NCBI RefSeq assembly: GCF_018977255.1
Contig: NW_024704743.1
Location: forward strand, 34,474,001 to 34,538,000
Length of the DNA: 64,000 nt
Direction: 5' to 3'
From: Callorhinchus milii
Taxonomy: Eukaryota
Position numbers and translations under genes: made by a program. Positions 27,901-39,900 of the stretch are shown here, in pieces; position 1 is the stretch's first letter, and each line of letters opens with the position of its first letter. The notes under the pieces are model-generated. The model did not search any database. It had not been told where the DNA came from and saw only the letters and a list, made by a program, of their open reading frames with translations.

Positions 27901-30900
27901 GATATGAGTTGGGACTTTGGCTGCTAAAGAATTACTCAGATGGGAGGAGTGAGGCTTTGGAGAGATTTGGAATAAATGATAAGGATCCTGAAATAGGTCC
28001 TCTTCAGGACAGGGGACCAGACCAGCTTGCCAAGTGCACGGATGATAGGAAGGCAGATCAGCTGGTTTGTGAAAAGTGGATCTAGGGAGGTTAGCATTGA
28101 AGAAATCTATCCCAGAAGTGATATAGGCATGAATAAGAGTTTCAGCAGTGATGCTGGGATAAGCAGGCAGTTTCTGAAGATGGCAGAATTAATCCTGGAA
28201 TGGATTGGATTTTAAAACTCCGTTCAGATTCAAACACAGCATCGAGGTTGCAAACCACCAGTTTGAAAATCATCTAATGATTTTACTTGTTTAGTGATTG
28301 AAGTCACGTCCTCTAACTAATCCTAAAGGGCACACAATTCAGGCCTTTTAGTTGGCTGCCCATTGTCGCTGAATCTCATTTTTGTAACCTCTTTACCCCG
28401 ATTTGCTGCAATAAGACAGATAATTGGGAAGTTCACTCACTTTAAAAATAACCATTGCTAAGCAGATAGAATTACACCAATCAGTAGTAAGTCTGTCTTA
28501 ATTGTACTTCACTGTATAAGTAAATTCATCTTAATCAGCAAAACACCCGTACAGTACATAATCCGAATGGCCAGGTCTGCCCTTTCTGTAAGAGCATCAA
28601 GGCTGAGAGGATGTAAGGTTGCATTTACATCAGCCTCTGCGTGTACTGCAAAATAAATAAAGCAAATGATATTCATGCTTCCCACCATTTCTCAACACTA
28701 CCAGAAGACAAACGAGGCGTTGTGTTGGATACAAGCTGCTATTGTCCACTGCCCCCAGCTGTTAGTAATTCGACACCCATGCCCAAATCTAGGATTACTA
28801 CAAAAGAGACAGCCCTGCCTCTTACAGACCAAGTGGATCAAAAAGGATTTCCCACCACGTGCTTCTGCACTGCTGCTCTGCACTGCACAATGCAGCATGA
28901 CCTTGGTAAAGGACTGAAAAGCACTACCACGTGAATGTTTAAAATGCACCTTTGAATAAATCCAATTTAAATATTGCTCTGTGCTGTAAGCTGCCATATC
29001 AAATGCTTGGCATTCCTAAAGCATTTTTTATAAGTATGCTTTTTCTGTCTACTGGAGAACAAGAGTGAAAAATATGATGTTTTATAATAAATTTAGGCCC
29101 TGAAATCCTATCTCGTCTTAGCCAATTTGACTAACTTGTCCTAAAATTTAAGATCACACAGAATTGTGGCAAATTCTTAAATTCAGTCATATTTGCAGAT
29201 TTTCCTAAACTCTGTGCAATCTTAAATTTTAACACGAAATGGTCTTACAGCCTAAGACTAGGTGGAATTTCAAGCCTCGGATGTGTTAATTACAGGGAAA
29301 TATTTATGTTGTGCTTCTCTGGGTCCAACAGCTCAAAGGCCATATTATAAGAAAAGCAAAAAGACTTCCAGGTGGGCAAGTCACCATTGACTTTGTTTCC
29401 AGCCCATTTCACACATATGTGCTATGCAAAGGGCATTTTGCCCACAAAATATAAAGTCAATTCACTTGACAGTGTATTCTGTAAAGGGCTTTGAGACATT
29501 TTGAAACTAAGGCTATATCAAACGCAAGGATCATTATTATTATGCAAAGGAAGTAGCGTTGATATGAATTCCTTTGTGAACAGGAAGTGACATTTGCAAT
29601 GTTTTCTCCACGTGTGCAGAAAGTTACAGCAGTGATGCTTCTGAGTACAAAGCATGTGTACACAACCTGAAGGAAGTGAATAGCTGCCTCCCCGCACTAA
29701 AAAATGTCTGACTTGACTTGACAACGCAGAAGTCAGCCAGGTGTACTGGCTTTTAGTTAGCATGGGTCCACAGAACACCAACACAATAAACCAGGGAGCA
29801 CATCATTGCATTAAAATGGTGTTTCCCTTTTAAGGAACTTCGGAATTTCAGTTAATAATTATCATTATGTTTTGGGGTTAAGTCACCCGAGCCCCAAACT
29901 TTAAACCGAATAATTATCAATTGACATTTCAGTGTTAGATTATCTACAACGACTTGCACTTATATAGCGCCCTCCACGCAGAGTAGCGTCTCAGGGCACA
30001 TGATTTACCACATCCAGCTGATCGCATGAAACATCACATTTTTACATCAACATTTATAAAAATACTCGGTGTTGACTGAAACATTATATTGTATTGAATA
30101 ATTTGTCAATTCTGTATTCTGTGCGCTCATCCAATTTCGAAAGTATTTGGAAGATTCTGAAGTAAGGGCTGCTTTCTGACATTGACCCTCAGCAACTCCT
30201 AGGGACATGTAAATTCATTGCCTGCCTGAGGATTATGTAGGTGAGATATCCCATAATTTGCAGTGGGTCAGGGAGGGGAATCTATTATTTGTCAGAGGAG
30301 CATGTTGGGTTACAGAGCAGATATTGGATTCATGTATGGCAAGCAAGGTCACTAGCTGCCATGTCTAATCAGGTCAGATCGCTGACTTCTAGGGCAGCTA
30401 AAGGAAACTAATGTCACAGTCACTTAGTGAAGGGTTGTTTAAAACAGATAAGATTAAGGATAATTGGCATTGGTAGAATTAATTTCTCATATGGCATAGA
30501 GTCACCTGAGCTGCTCTGATATCAAGTTATATCAAATGTTCCGGGACGCTACCCCGAATGAAGGGTGCTATATAAATGCAAGTTGTTGTTGACGTTATAT
30601 AAATGACCCTAAGACTACAGATGAAATGCGATTGAAAGCGGAGGTGCACTTCAGGTGATTGCGGCAAGTGCACGTAAAATCTGAAGAGACTTCAGAATCA
30701 TATTCTCCAATGTTATGCTATTAATTATCCTTCCCAAGTCAAAATTTCAAAGTGTCATTGACAATGGGGCCCATCATGACATTGTACTATATCAGTTTTA
30801 GGATCTTTGCTAACTGATACCAAGAGAATCAAATTAATAATGCATCAATTACCAATTTGGTGCTCTACTGAAATATCATCTATTTGTGAAGGACAGTTAC

Positions 30901-33900
30901 TTTTGCTGACTTCATTCATTCATGCAGTACAAGTAAAAGTAAGATTGTATCCTTTGAAGCTCTTTTAAGCATTTATTTATTCTCTTGTGATATAGATTAT
31001 AATGTTTCTCCTCCACACAGTACTCTTTCCACGAGTAAGAAAGTGACTAGAAAATCTGTTGTCTAGTTTCCATCAGTAGCATAATGGAAACTAGATCATT
31101 ATAAGAGGCTTCAATGGACAGTGATTACTGTGAAATGCTTGGAGATATTTTAACCTGCTATAAAAATTCAAGTTCCTTTTTTGCTTCATGTCAATCTCCC
31201 ACTGATAAAGACTGAGTTGCTGTCCATGCCTTCGCCCGCATAGGCTCTGTGAGCCCAGCACCCCAAACTTCAGCTCCACTGGCTCCCTATCCTCCAGTAA
31301 ATCAAATTCATCTTTACTTTCCAAATCTCCGTGGCATCATTCTTCATTCCTCTGTCCACTGGGGTTTCAGCCCCTTTACTCATTAAAATGAAGCAATCTT
31401 TTACTCAGAACAAGGGCCTAAATGCAAATCACTAACAAAACTCAAATCACACTGTCTAGTAATTTTTTTCATTTTTATGGGTGACCTGTTTAGCTCTTGG
31501 TCAGCACCATTAGCTAGCTGCTGGCTCAGGCTGAATCCTGTATTACACAATCTCGGTATTCAACCCTGTCCTGAGTTTCAAAATATACATCTGATCCATT
31601 GCCAAAATTGTCTTCTTCCACCTCCTGAATGTTACCTGCTTAGACCCACCTGTCCCTGCCACCCCTTCTATCCTCCAGGAATGGCGGCGGGGCAGGGGGA
31701 GAATTGGAGTACAAGCTGTGTCTCCTTTATATTTTGGTCAGCTGACATGTGCGGAAACCCATCACCATGCTTAGGAGTATCCAAACCAAACTTAGAATTC
31801 CATGGTTCTTTTACTTGAATGGTACTAATTCGCCTCATGTTGATGTTGTCGGTGTTGTACAGTAGCTTCTATTTCAAAGGTATATTAAAAGTCTCATTCG
31901 GCACAATACAGATGACAATATGTGATTGCAAATTTAAGTATACTTTACTTGATCATTATATGATAATATAATAAACAAATAAAAGTATATTTTAAATTTG
32001 TACTTTTGCAAGCAGATGGGAATTTCATGCTCCAAAACTTAAATCAATTTATCACACTAGCTAAAGATCACTATCTGAAAATCTCTCCTAAATATTAACT
32101 TTGGTCAACATCCTTAATTCTCTCGTTTACATGTTCAATATGCATCACTGCATTATCAAGCATGTTGAGAGGTTCTTTTACATGAAAGCTGTTGACTGAT
32201 ACCTCAGATTTATGTTAGTAATAAACCATCCTTCAAGAACTTTAAGTCCATTCAGTTCTACACACAGACAGTTTACTTTATTTTACTTTGCGGAGCACGA
32301 GAAGGATATGAGGTATCTCTGAAGGGCATGGAAACTTTAGATCATCATCAAATTTCACCAGAAATATTAAAATAATCAGTTCAGGCAATGGTAATTCAAG
32401 CTGTTTGCTGCCTATGAAATGCAACCTTGCTCTGGCCTTAATATTTTGACGCGAGTCAACTCTTCAAATCAATATTTTATGCAGATGCCATCTGTGGCAA
32501 GTATCAGAGAGTCAGCAAGTTCTAAAATTTTGATGCCAACATGTTGGGAATGACAATAAGAGTCCTGTAGCATAGTGGTTACAGCACTTGCCTCACAAGA
32601 TTCCCGGACAGAGCAAAGCCTTAAGCTGCTTTCCTTACTCCATACCCCTCTCTTTATCCAGAAGTAAGTAGGAACTCATTTGCTGTCCCATATGCTGTTG
32701 TCTGTGAAAATAGTATAAAGTCCCATGGTGTAGGTTCTCATATCTGTCTCTGGGGGCAACAACACTACTATATTATTGCAATACTGATTTGGGGAAAAGG
32801 CATACTTTCCAGTGGTGCTGAAATATAAACAATGTATCTGATTTGAAGAGCATCTAGGAGTTCCTTGGAGCTTGTTCTCCATCATCTGTCATTTATATTA
32901 CTCATAATCAACCAGTTTTGACATCAAACTGTGTGTAGAGGTGACCCATATAAGGAGGATAAATAGCGTTCAAAGAAAATATGGGTCAATTAAGGAATGA
33001 CCGACAGATGTGCGGAACTAGAAATTGGAACAAAAAAGACGAAACATGTATATTCTATAAAGGGGTATCCCATTTGAAGTTGTGATAAATGAAAAGGATT
33101 TGGATACGATTACTGATCACTAAATGAATCTTTCTAGTCAATTGGGTCTAAAATGAATGATTTCAAGCATAATTTCTTAACAAATGGAACAAAATGGTGA
33201 CTCCTTCTAGTAAGCAGAATTACATCCCACGGGAACTCCTGCTCTGGAAACAGACTGCGTCAGAATTAAGTTCCCATTGGTCATTGTCGTGTACTAGTTA
33301 TTTGGAGGCCCTGGTTTTGAGCCCTTATTATGAAAACCCATTTGAAATCAAATTGTTTTACACATCAAACATAAAGCTGCCATCAACAAACATCGAAACG
33401 TAAGTCATTTATTCTATTCAACTGAGCTGCATTAAAAGGCTCAACTGGCCTTGGCCCTCCCAGGGTTAGGAGTGGGTATGGTTCCTGCTCCGGTCCCTCC
33501 AGCTCTGTGAGGTTGTGTGCACATGTGGCAACCGGGTAGGAAGAGGTCAGGCTCTCTTTGGTTCAGTAATCTGCCTATGCCAAGGTTCACACATGAGCAA
33601 TAGCCACTTGGATAGAGTACTGGATAGTAATCAGTGCTCATGGAAACACACCCCTGGAAGAGGAGGATAGGCCAGGAGAAATTTTTTAAAAATAATATTA
33701 CAAAAATATTACAAAAAAAAATTCCAACTTTGTATAATTTAGTGATGAGAGCACGTTTAGAATACTGTATGTAAAGATAGATCCTACCTCTAAAGGCTAC
33801 TGGTACACTGGGGAGGCTGCGGAGAAGAATGGCAAGAAATGAAATTATAATAATAATTCTTGCATTTGATATATATTTGATATATATATTTGATATAGCG

Positions 33901-36900
33901 ACTTATCACATTTTCGAGGCATCTCAAATCACTTCACAGAATATACTGTAAAGTGAATTGACTGTTTATTTTGTGGGTGAAACTCTGCAGCCAATTGCGC
34001 ACAGCAGTGTTCCACAAACAGCTGTGGATTGAAGTGACCAATTCATTATAATTATTTTTTTTGAAGGAATTATTATCCCCGGAAAAGTAATCTGCCAATC
34101 GACTAACAACTGGGTTCCTACTTACTGCGAGGTAAACAGAGGCGTGTGGAGTAAGGAAATTTGCCCAACATTTCGCCCTGATGGGAATCAAACCAAGGTC
34201 TCTCGTTTGCGCGGCGAGTGCTCTAACCACTGAGCTACAGGACTCCACAATGAGAACGAGCTGACTAATTTTCATCGGTAAAATGAAGCTTGAGCAGGAT
34301 ACTGGTCTTAAAAATGCTGCGAATGTGTATAAACTGTACAAAAAATATGGGAAAAGCATAGCTGATTACAGGAATAAGTGCAAACTGAGAAGTTCAAATA
34401 TTCCACAGAACACAATGGTTCAAGATGTTGTTCCTACTGTACTGAGAAATATGATGCAATTCTATGCAGAGTTAGCAAACTCCCAGTCAGATAGGCTGTG
34501 GTTAATTTACTGGTACTTAAGATATATTGGTGAGAACTCATTCTCCCATTAGTGGTAATAAACAAACATAAAAAGGTTGTTTGTATGTGCCTGGTCTGCA
34601 CCATGTGAATTTGCAGCATTTGCAGTCTGCACTTTAAACAGAATTGAAATCTGAACAAAACAGCTGGTCTAGTCTCTTTCCAGAATATTAAAATGAAAAT
34701 GCTACAGCATCTAGGCTGCTTCCCAAGGGAGAAAGAAAGTAGCAGGTGATGCATTATTACTGATATGGTAAGTATATGAGCTATCATTAGGGATATCACA
34801 AAGGTTGTGTCCAATGAATTAGTAAAATGAATAGTACCATCCCATTTTCTCTCTTAACAAAAAAATATATACTTGTCCACCTAAATTGCTGGAGTGATGG
34901 CCTCTACTTGCAATATCTAAATCTACTGCAATCTTGTACATATAGAAAAATTGAAGGCATTACGCAAAATGTGGTGAAATACACATCAGTTCGGATGTGT
35001 GATGACCAGCAGAAGAAGGGGCTGAGGCTATTCCGTAAGACCATAAGACGTAGGAGCAGGAGTAGGCCGTTTGGCCCGTCGAGCCTGCCCCGCCATTTAA
35101 TAAGATCATGGCTGATCTTCTAACCGAATTCCATTCACCTGCCCTATCCCCATATAATAACAACAACAACTTGGATTTATATAGCGCCCTTCACGCCGGA
35201 CGGCGTCTCAGAGAGCTTCACAGTAATGGATCCTGGGGCTGAGCCAGGGGGAGGGGAACGAAGGTGACCAAAGGCGCGGTCGAAAACAAAGGTCTTCAGC
35301 AGGGACCTGAAAATAGGAAGAGAGGGGGCGAGGCGAAGGGAGTGAGGAAGTGAATTCCAGAGCCTCGGGACATAGTGGCTGAAGGCACGGCCACCAAGGG
35401 TGGAGCGGAGAAGGAAGCCGGACGAGGAACAAAGGCAACGGGTACTGTTTTGAGGAGAGAGGAGGTCAGAGAGGTAGGGGGTGCAGAGGAGTGGAGCGAT
35501 TTGAATACAAGGGTGAGGATCTTGAAATCGATCCTCTTTGGGATAAGCAGCCAGTGCAGTCTGGCAAGGATTGGGGTGATCAGGGAGCGGAATTTGGTGC
35601 GGGTGAGAATGCAGGCGGCAGAGTTTTGAATGATCTGGATTTTATGGATGGTAATGGAGTGGAGACCGTCGAGAGGTGAAAAAGGTATGGACCAGGGTTT
35701 CAGCGACTTTCGGAGAGAGGTATTGGTGGAGACGGGCGATGCGTCAGAGGTGGAAGAAGGCGGTGCCGGTGAGGGACAGGATGTGGGGGAGGAAGGATAA
35801 TTGGGGGTCGAACCTGACACCTAGGTTGCGTACGGGTTCGGATTTTAGGGGAAGGTCGGGTAGGTGGAGGAGGTGAGATTTTAGACGTTGACGAGAAGGC
35901 CGTTTTTGCGCGTGTCAAAGAACGGCGGTAGCTGTGGAGATACTCGAGCCACAGTTGGCGGTGGACTGTCTGGGCAGTTTTCTGCCATCTGCGCTTGAGC
36001 AGCTAGGTTTGGGTTTTTAGGCAGCGGAGATGGTTGTTGTACCAGGGGGATCAGGTGGGTTTGGAGATGGTCCTGGATTTCAGGGTGATTATCCCTTAAT
36101 CACTTTATCTCTCTATCTCTCTATCTCTCTATCTATCTATCTACCTCAGTCTTCAATATGTTCAATGACTGAGCATCCACAGTCTTCTGGGGTAGAGAAT
36201 TCCACAAATTAACTACCTTCTAAGTGAAGAAATGTTTCCTCAACTCAGTTCGAAAAGGCTGACCCTTAATCTTGAGACTATCAACAACCACAACAAAAAC
36301 AACAAAATACAAAATTACATTTATATTACCCCGAGTTTTAGATTCTCCAACCAGGGGAAACAGTTTCATGGCATTTACCCTGTCAAGACCCTTAAGAATC
36401 TTATAGGTTTCTATAAGATCACCTCTAATTCTTCTATATTCTAGAGAATATAGGCCTAGTTTACTCAACCTATCTTCATAGGTCAACCCCCTCATCCCAG
36501 AAACCAATCTGGTGAATCTACGCTGTACCCCCTCTAAGGCGAGTATGTCCTTTTTTAAATCAGAAGACTAAAACTACACACAATATTCTAGGCGCGGTCT
36601 CACCAAGGCCTTATTCAACTGCAGCAAGACTTCCCTACTCTTGTACTCTAACCCTTTTGCAACGAACACCAACATGGCATTAGCCTTCCTAGTTGCCTGC
36701 TGTATCTGCATACTAACTTTTTGTGACTGGTGTACAAGGACATCCAAATCCCTCTGAACACGAACACTACCCAGTCTCTCGCCCTCTAGAAAATAATCTG
36801 CTTTTCTATTTTCACTACCTCGGTGAATAACTTGACACTTCCCCACGTTATACTCCATCTGCCACCTTCTTGCCCATTTACCTAGCCTGTATTTCCCTTT

Positions 36901-39900
36901 GCATTCTTCGTGTGTCATCCTCACAGCTTACTCTTCCACCTATCTTTGTATCGTCCGCGAATTTAGATATGTTAAGTTCTATTTCCTCATCTAAATCATT
37001 GATAAAGACTATAAACAATTGAGGCCCAAGCACTGATCCCTGTGGCACTCGCTAGTCACATCCTGCCAATCTGAGAAGGAGCAGTTTATCCCTATTCTCT
37101 GTTTTCTTCCTGTTAGCCACTCTCCAATCCATGCTAATATATTATGTTTAATTCCATGGGCTCTAATCTTATGCAATGGCCTTTTATGTGGCGCCTTGTC
37201 GAATGCTTTCTGGAAATCCAAATATATCACATCTACTGGTTCCCCCTATCTAACCTGCTAGTTACATCCTCAATAAACTCAGACTTGTTAAACCTGATTT
37301 CCCTTTTGTATGTTGACTCTGCTAATCATGTTATCATTTTCTAAGTACCCCACGACGACGTCCCCTTTAGAACCCTAGGATGCAGGCCATCAGGTCCAGG
37401 GGATTTATCGTTTTTTAATCCTATCAATTTCTCTAGTACTACTGCTTTACTGATGTTCATTTTTTAAGTTTCTCACTAACATTAGCCTCCAGGTTCCCCT
37501 CTATTTTCAGTCCTCTAACTTGAAGAACAGAAGCAAAATATTTGTTTAATTAAGCTGCCATTTCTTTATTCCCCGATATAATTTCTACTTTCTCTGCCTG
37601 CAATGGACCCACATTCACTTTTGATAGTCTCTTCCTCTTTATGTACTTGTAAAAACTCTTAGAATCTGTCTTTGTGTTCCGAGCTAGTTTACCCTCATAT
37701 ACCATTTTTTCCCTCTTAATCAATTTCTTGGTTTTCCTTTTCTGATCTCAAAAACCCTCCCAATCCTCAGGTTTACTGCTCTTTTTGGCAGCATTATAGG
37801 CCTCTTCTTTTAATTTTATACTTTCCCTAACTTCACCAGTTAGCCAAGGTTGAACCACTTTTCCCATGGCATTTTTATTTTTCAAGGCAATATGTGATCG
37901 CTGGGAATTATGTATTATATCTTTGAACGTTTGCCCTTGCTATATTTTTAATCTAATTTCCCAATCTATTTTAGCCAAATCTTCTCTCATACCTGCAAAG
38001 TTGGCTTTATTAAAATTTAAGACCCTTGCTTCGGATTCAACTATATCACTCTCTAACTTAATGTTAAATTCCATCACGTTATGGTCACTCTGCCCGAGAG
38101 GAGCCTTAACTTCCAGATTGCTGATTAGCCTTATTTCATTACACAAACCAAAATCTAACCTGTTCCCTGGTTGGTTCCTTAGCATATTGTTCTAGAAAAC
38201 TATCTCTAATGCATTCTATAAACTCATCCGCTAATTTACTTTTGCCAATTTGGTTTTCCCAGGCTCTATGAAGATTGAACTCACCTACTGTTAGTGTATT
38301 ACCCTTGCTACATGCTTCTCTAATTTCCTGTTTAATACCCTGCCCAATACTGTAACTGCTGTTTGGGGGTCTATAAACTACTCCCCTAGTGTTTTCTGCC
38401 CCTTGTTTCTTATCTCCACCCATACGTAGCTCAGTGGTTAGAGCACTCGCCTTGCAAGTGAGACACCTGAGTTCAATTCCAGGCAGGGCGAAACCTTGGG
38501 CAAGTTTCCTTACTCCACATGCCTAATAATAATCCCTCCAAAATAAAAAAACAATAATAAATTGGTCATTTTCAATCCACAACTGTTTGTGGGACACTAC
38601 TGTGCACAATTCGCTGCCGCGTTTCGCCCACAAATATACGGTCAATTCTCTTTACAGCATATTCTGTGAAGCACTTTGAGACATCTAGAAGACATGAAAA
38701 GCCCTATATCAAAGGCAAGGATTATTATTATTATTATTACCGAATCTACATCCTGATTTTCTGTTTTAAAATCCTTCCTCTCTATTGTTTTTATCTCATC
38801 CTTTATTAGCAGGGCTAACCTCCCCCCCACCGACCCCAACCTCATTTTCCACATTGCCTATCTTGCCTGTACACCGAAAACCCCAGAATATAGCTCCCAC
38901 CCTTGGTCTCCCTGTAACCACATCTCAGTAATAACCACTAGACGAGATCATACCCATTTATCTCTATTTGTGCACTTAATTCATCCATTTTGTTACGAAT
39001 GCTTCGTGCATTCAGATATAGCGCCTTTAATTTTGACTTCTTACTATTTCCCCTACTCGTTAATGCCCTATTTCCTTTGTTGAGTTTTTGTCCCTACTTG
39101 ACACTCTGTTTTTTATCTCCCAAGTCACTACTCTGCTTTACAGCCTTGACTGTTCCTTGCATTGTTGGTTTACGTTTAACTGTAACTGTAACCTTCCCTC
39201 CCCCTTAATAGTTTAAAGCTCTGCCTATCTCCCTATTTAATCGTTTTGCCAGGACATTGGTTCCATCCCGGTTAAGGTGGAGCCCATCTCGATGGAACAG
39301 CTCCCTTTTCCCCACATTACTGGTGACAGTGGCCCATAAAACGAAACCCCTGCCTCTGCACTACTCTTTCAGCCACGCGTTTAACTCTTTAATTTCTTTG
39401 TCCCTGTACCAATTGGCGTGTGTACAAATTCCTGTATCTTCCAAAGACATTGGGATTGTGAATAAATTTTGGACCTACGAGCAAAAGGGATAGCTGAAAC
39501 TGACCATTTCACTTAGTTACTACTTTCTTAGTTAAAGTGATTAAACCTGAACCCTCTGTACACTTTCTCAAAAATAGTAAAATCTGTAGGCCTTTGGTTC
39601 TAAAATTTTGTACCCTATTTTTTGTTAAATATATTATTAGAGTTTATGTTATCACTGTGTTTTAGGATCTTGATTATTTCAATAAAATCTTCCCTTAGGC
39701 TTCTCTTCTTTAGTATTAATATTCTCGGCTAACATCCCCAGGTATCTAATTTAAGTATCAACCAAGTTACCCTTCAAGACGTCCTGGGAATAAGGCAATA
39801 TAAATGTGTGATATTTTAGGCAGGGCTGGACCACGGCAAAATCACCTCCTGTGCCTAATGCTTTACCCACAAAATACAGTCAATTCCCTTCACAATATAT

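Larger units (their letters stand above)
35036..39420 (-). mobile_element. CR1 LINE, decayed (probable ORF1 end, ORF2 APE and RT remnants, 3'UTR) with nested insertions
   Basis: Remnants [49 protein letters not shown]; 3'UTR and tcttatggtctta tail at about 35036. Confidence 0.92.
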
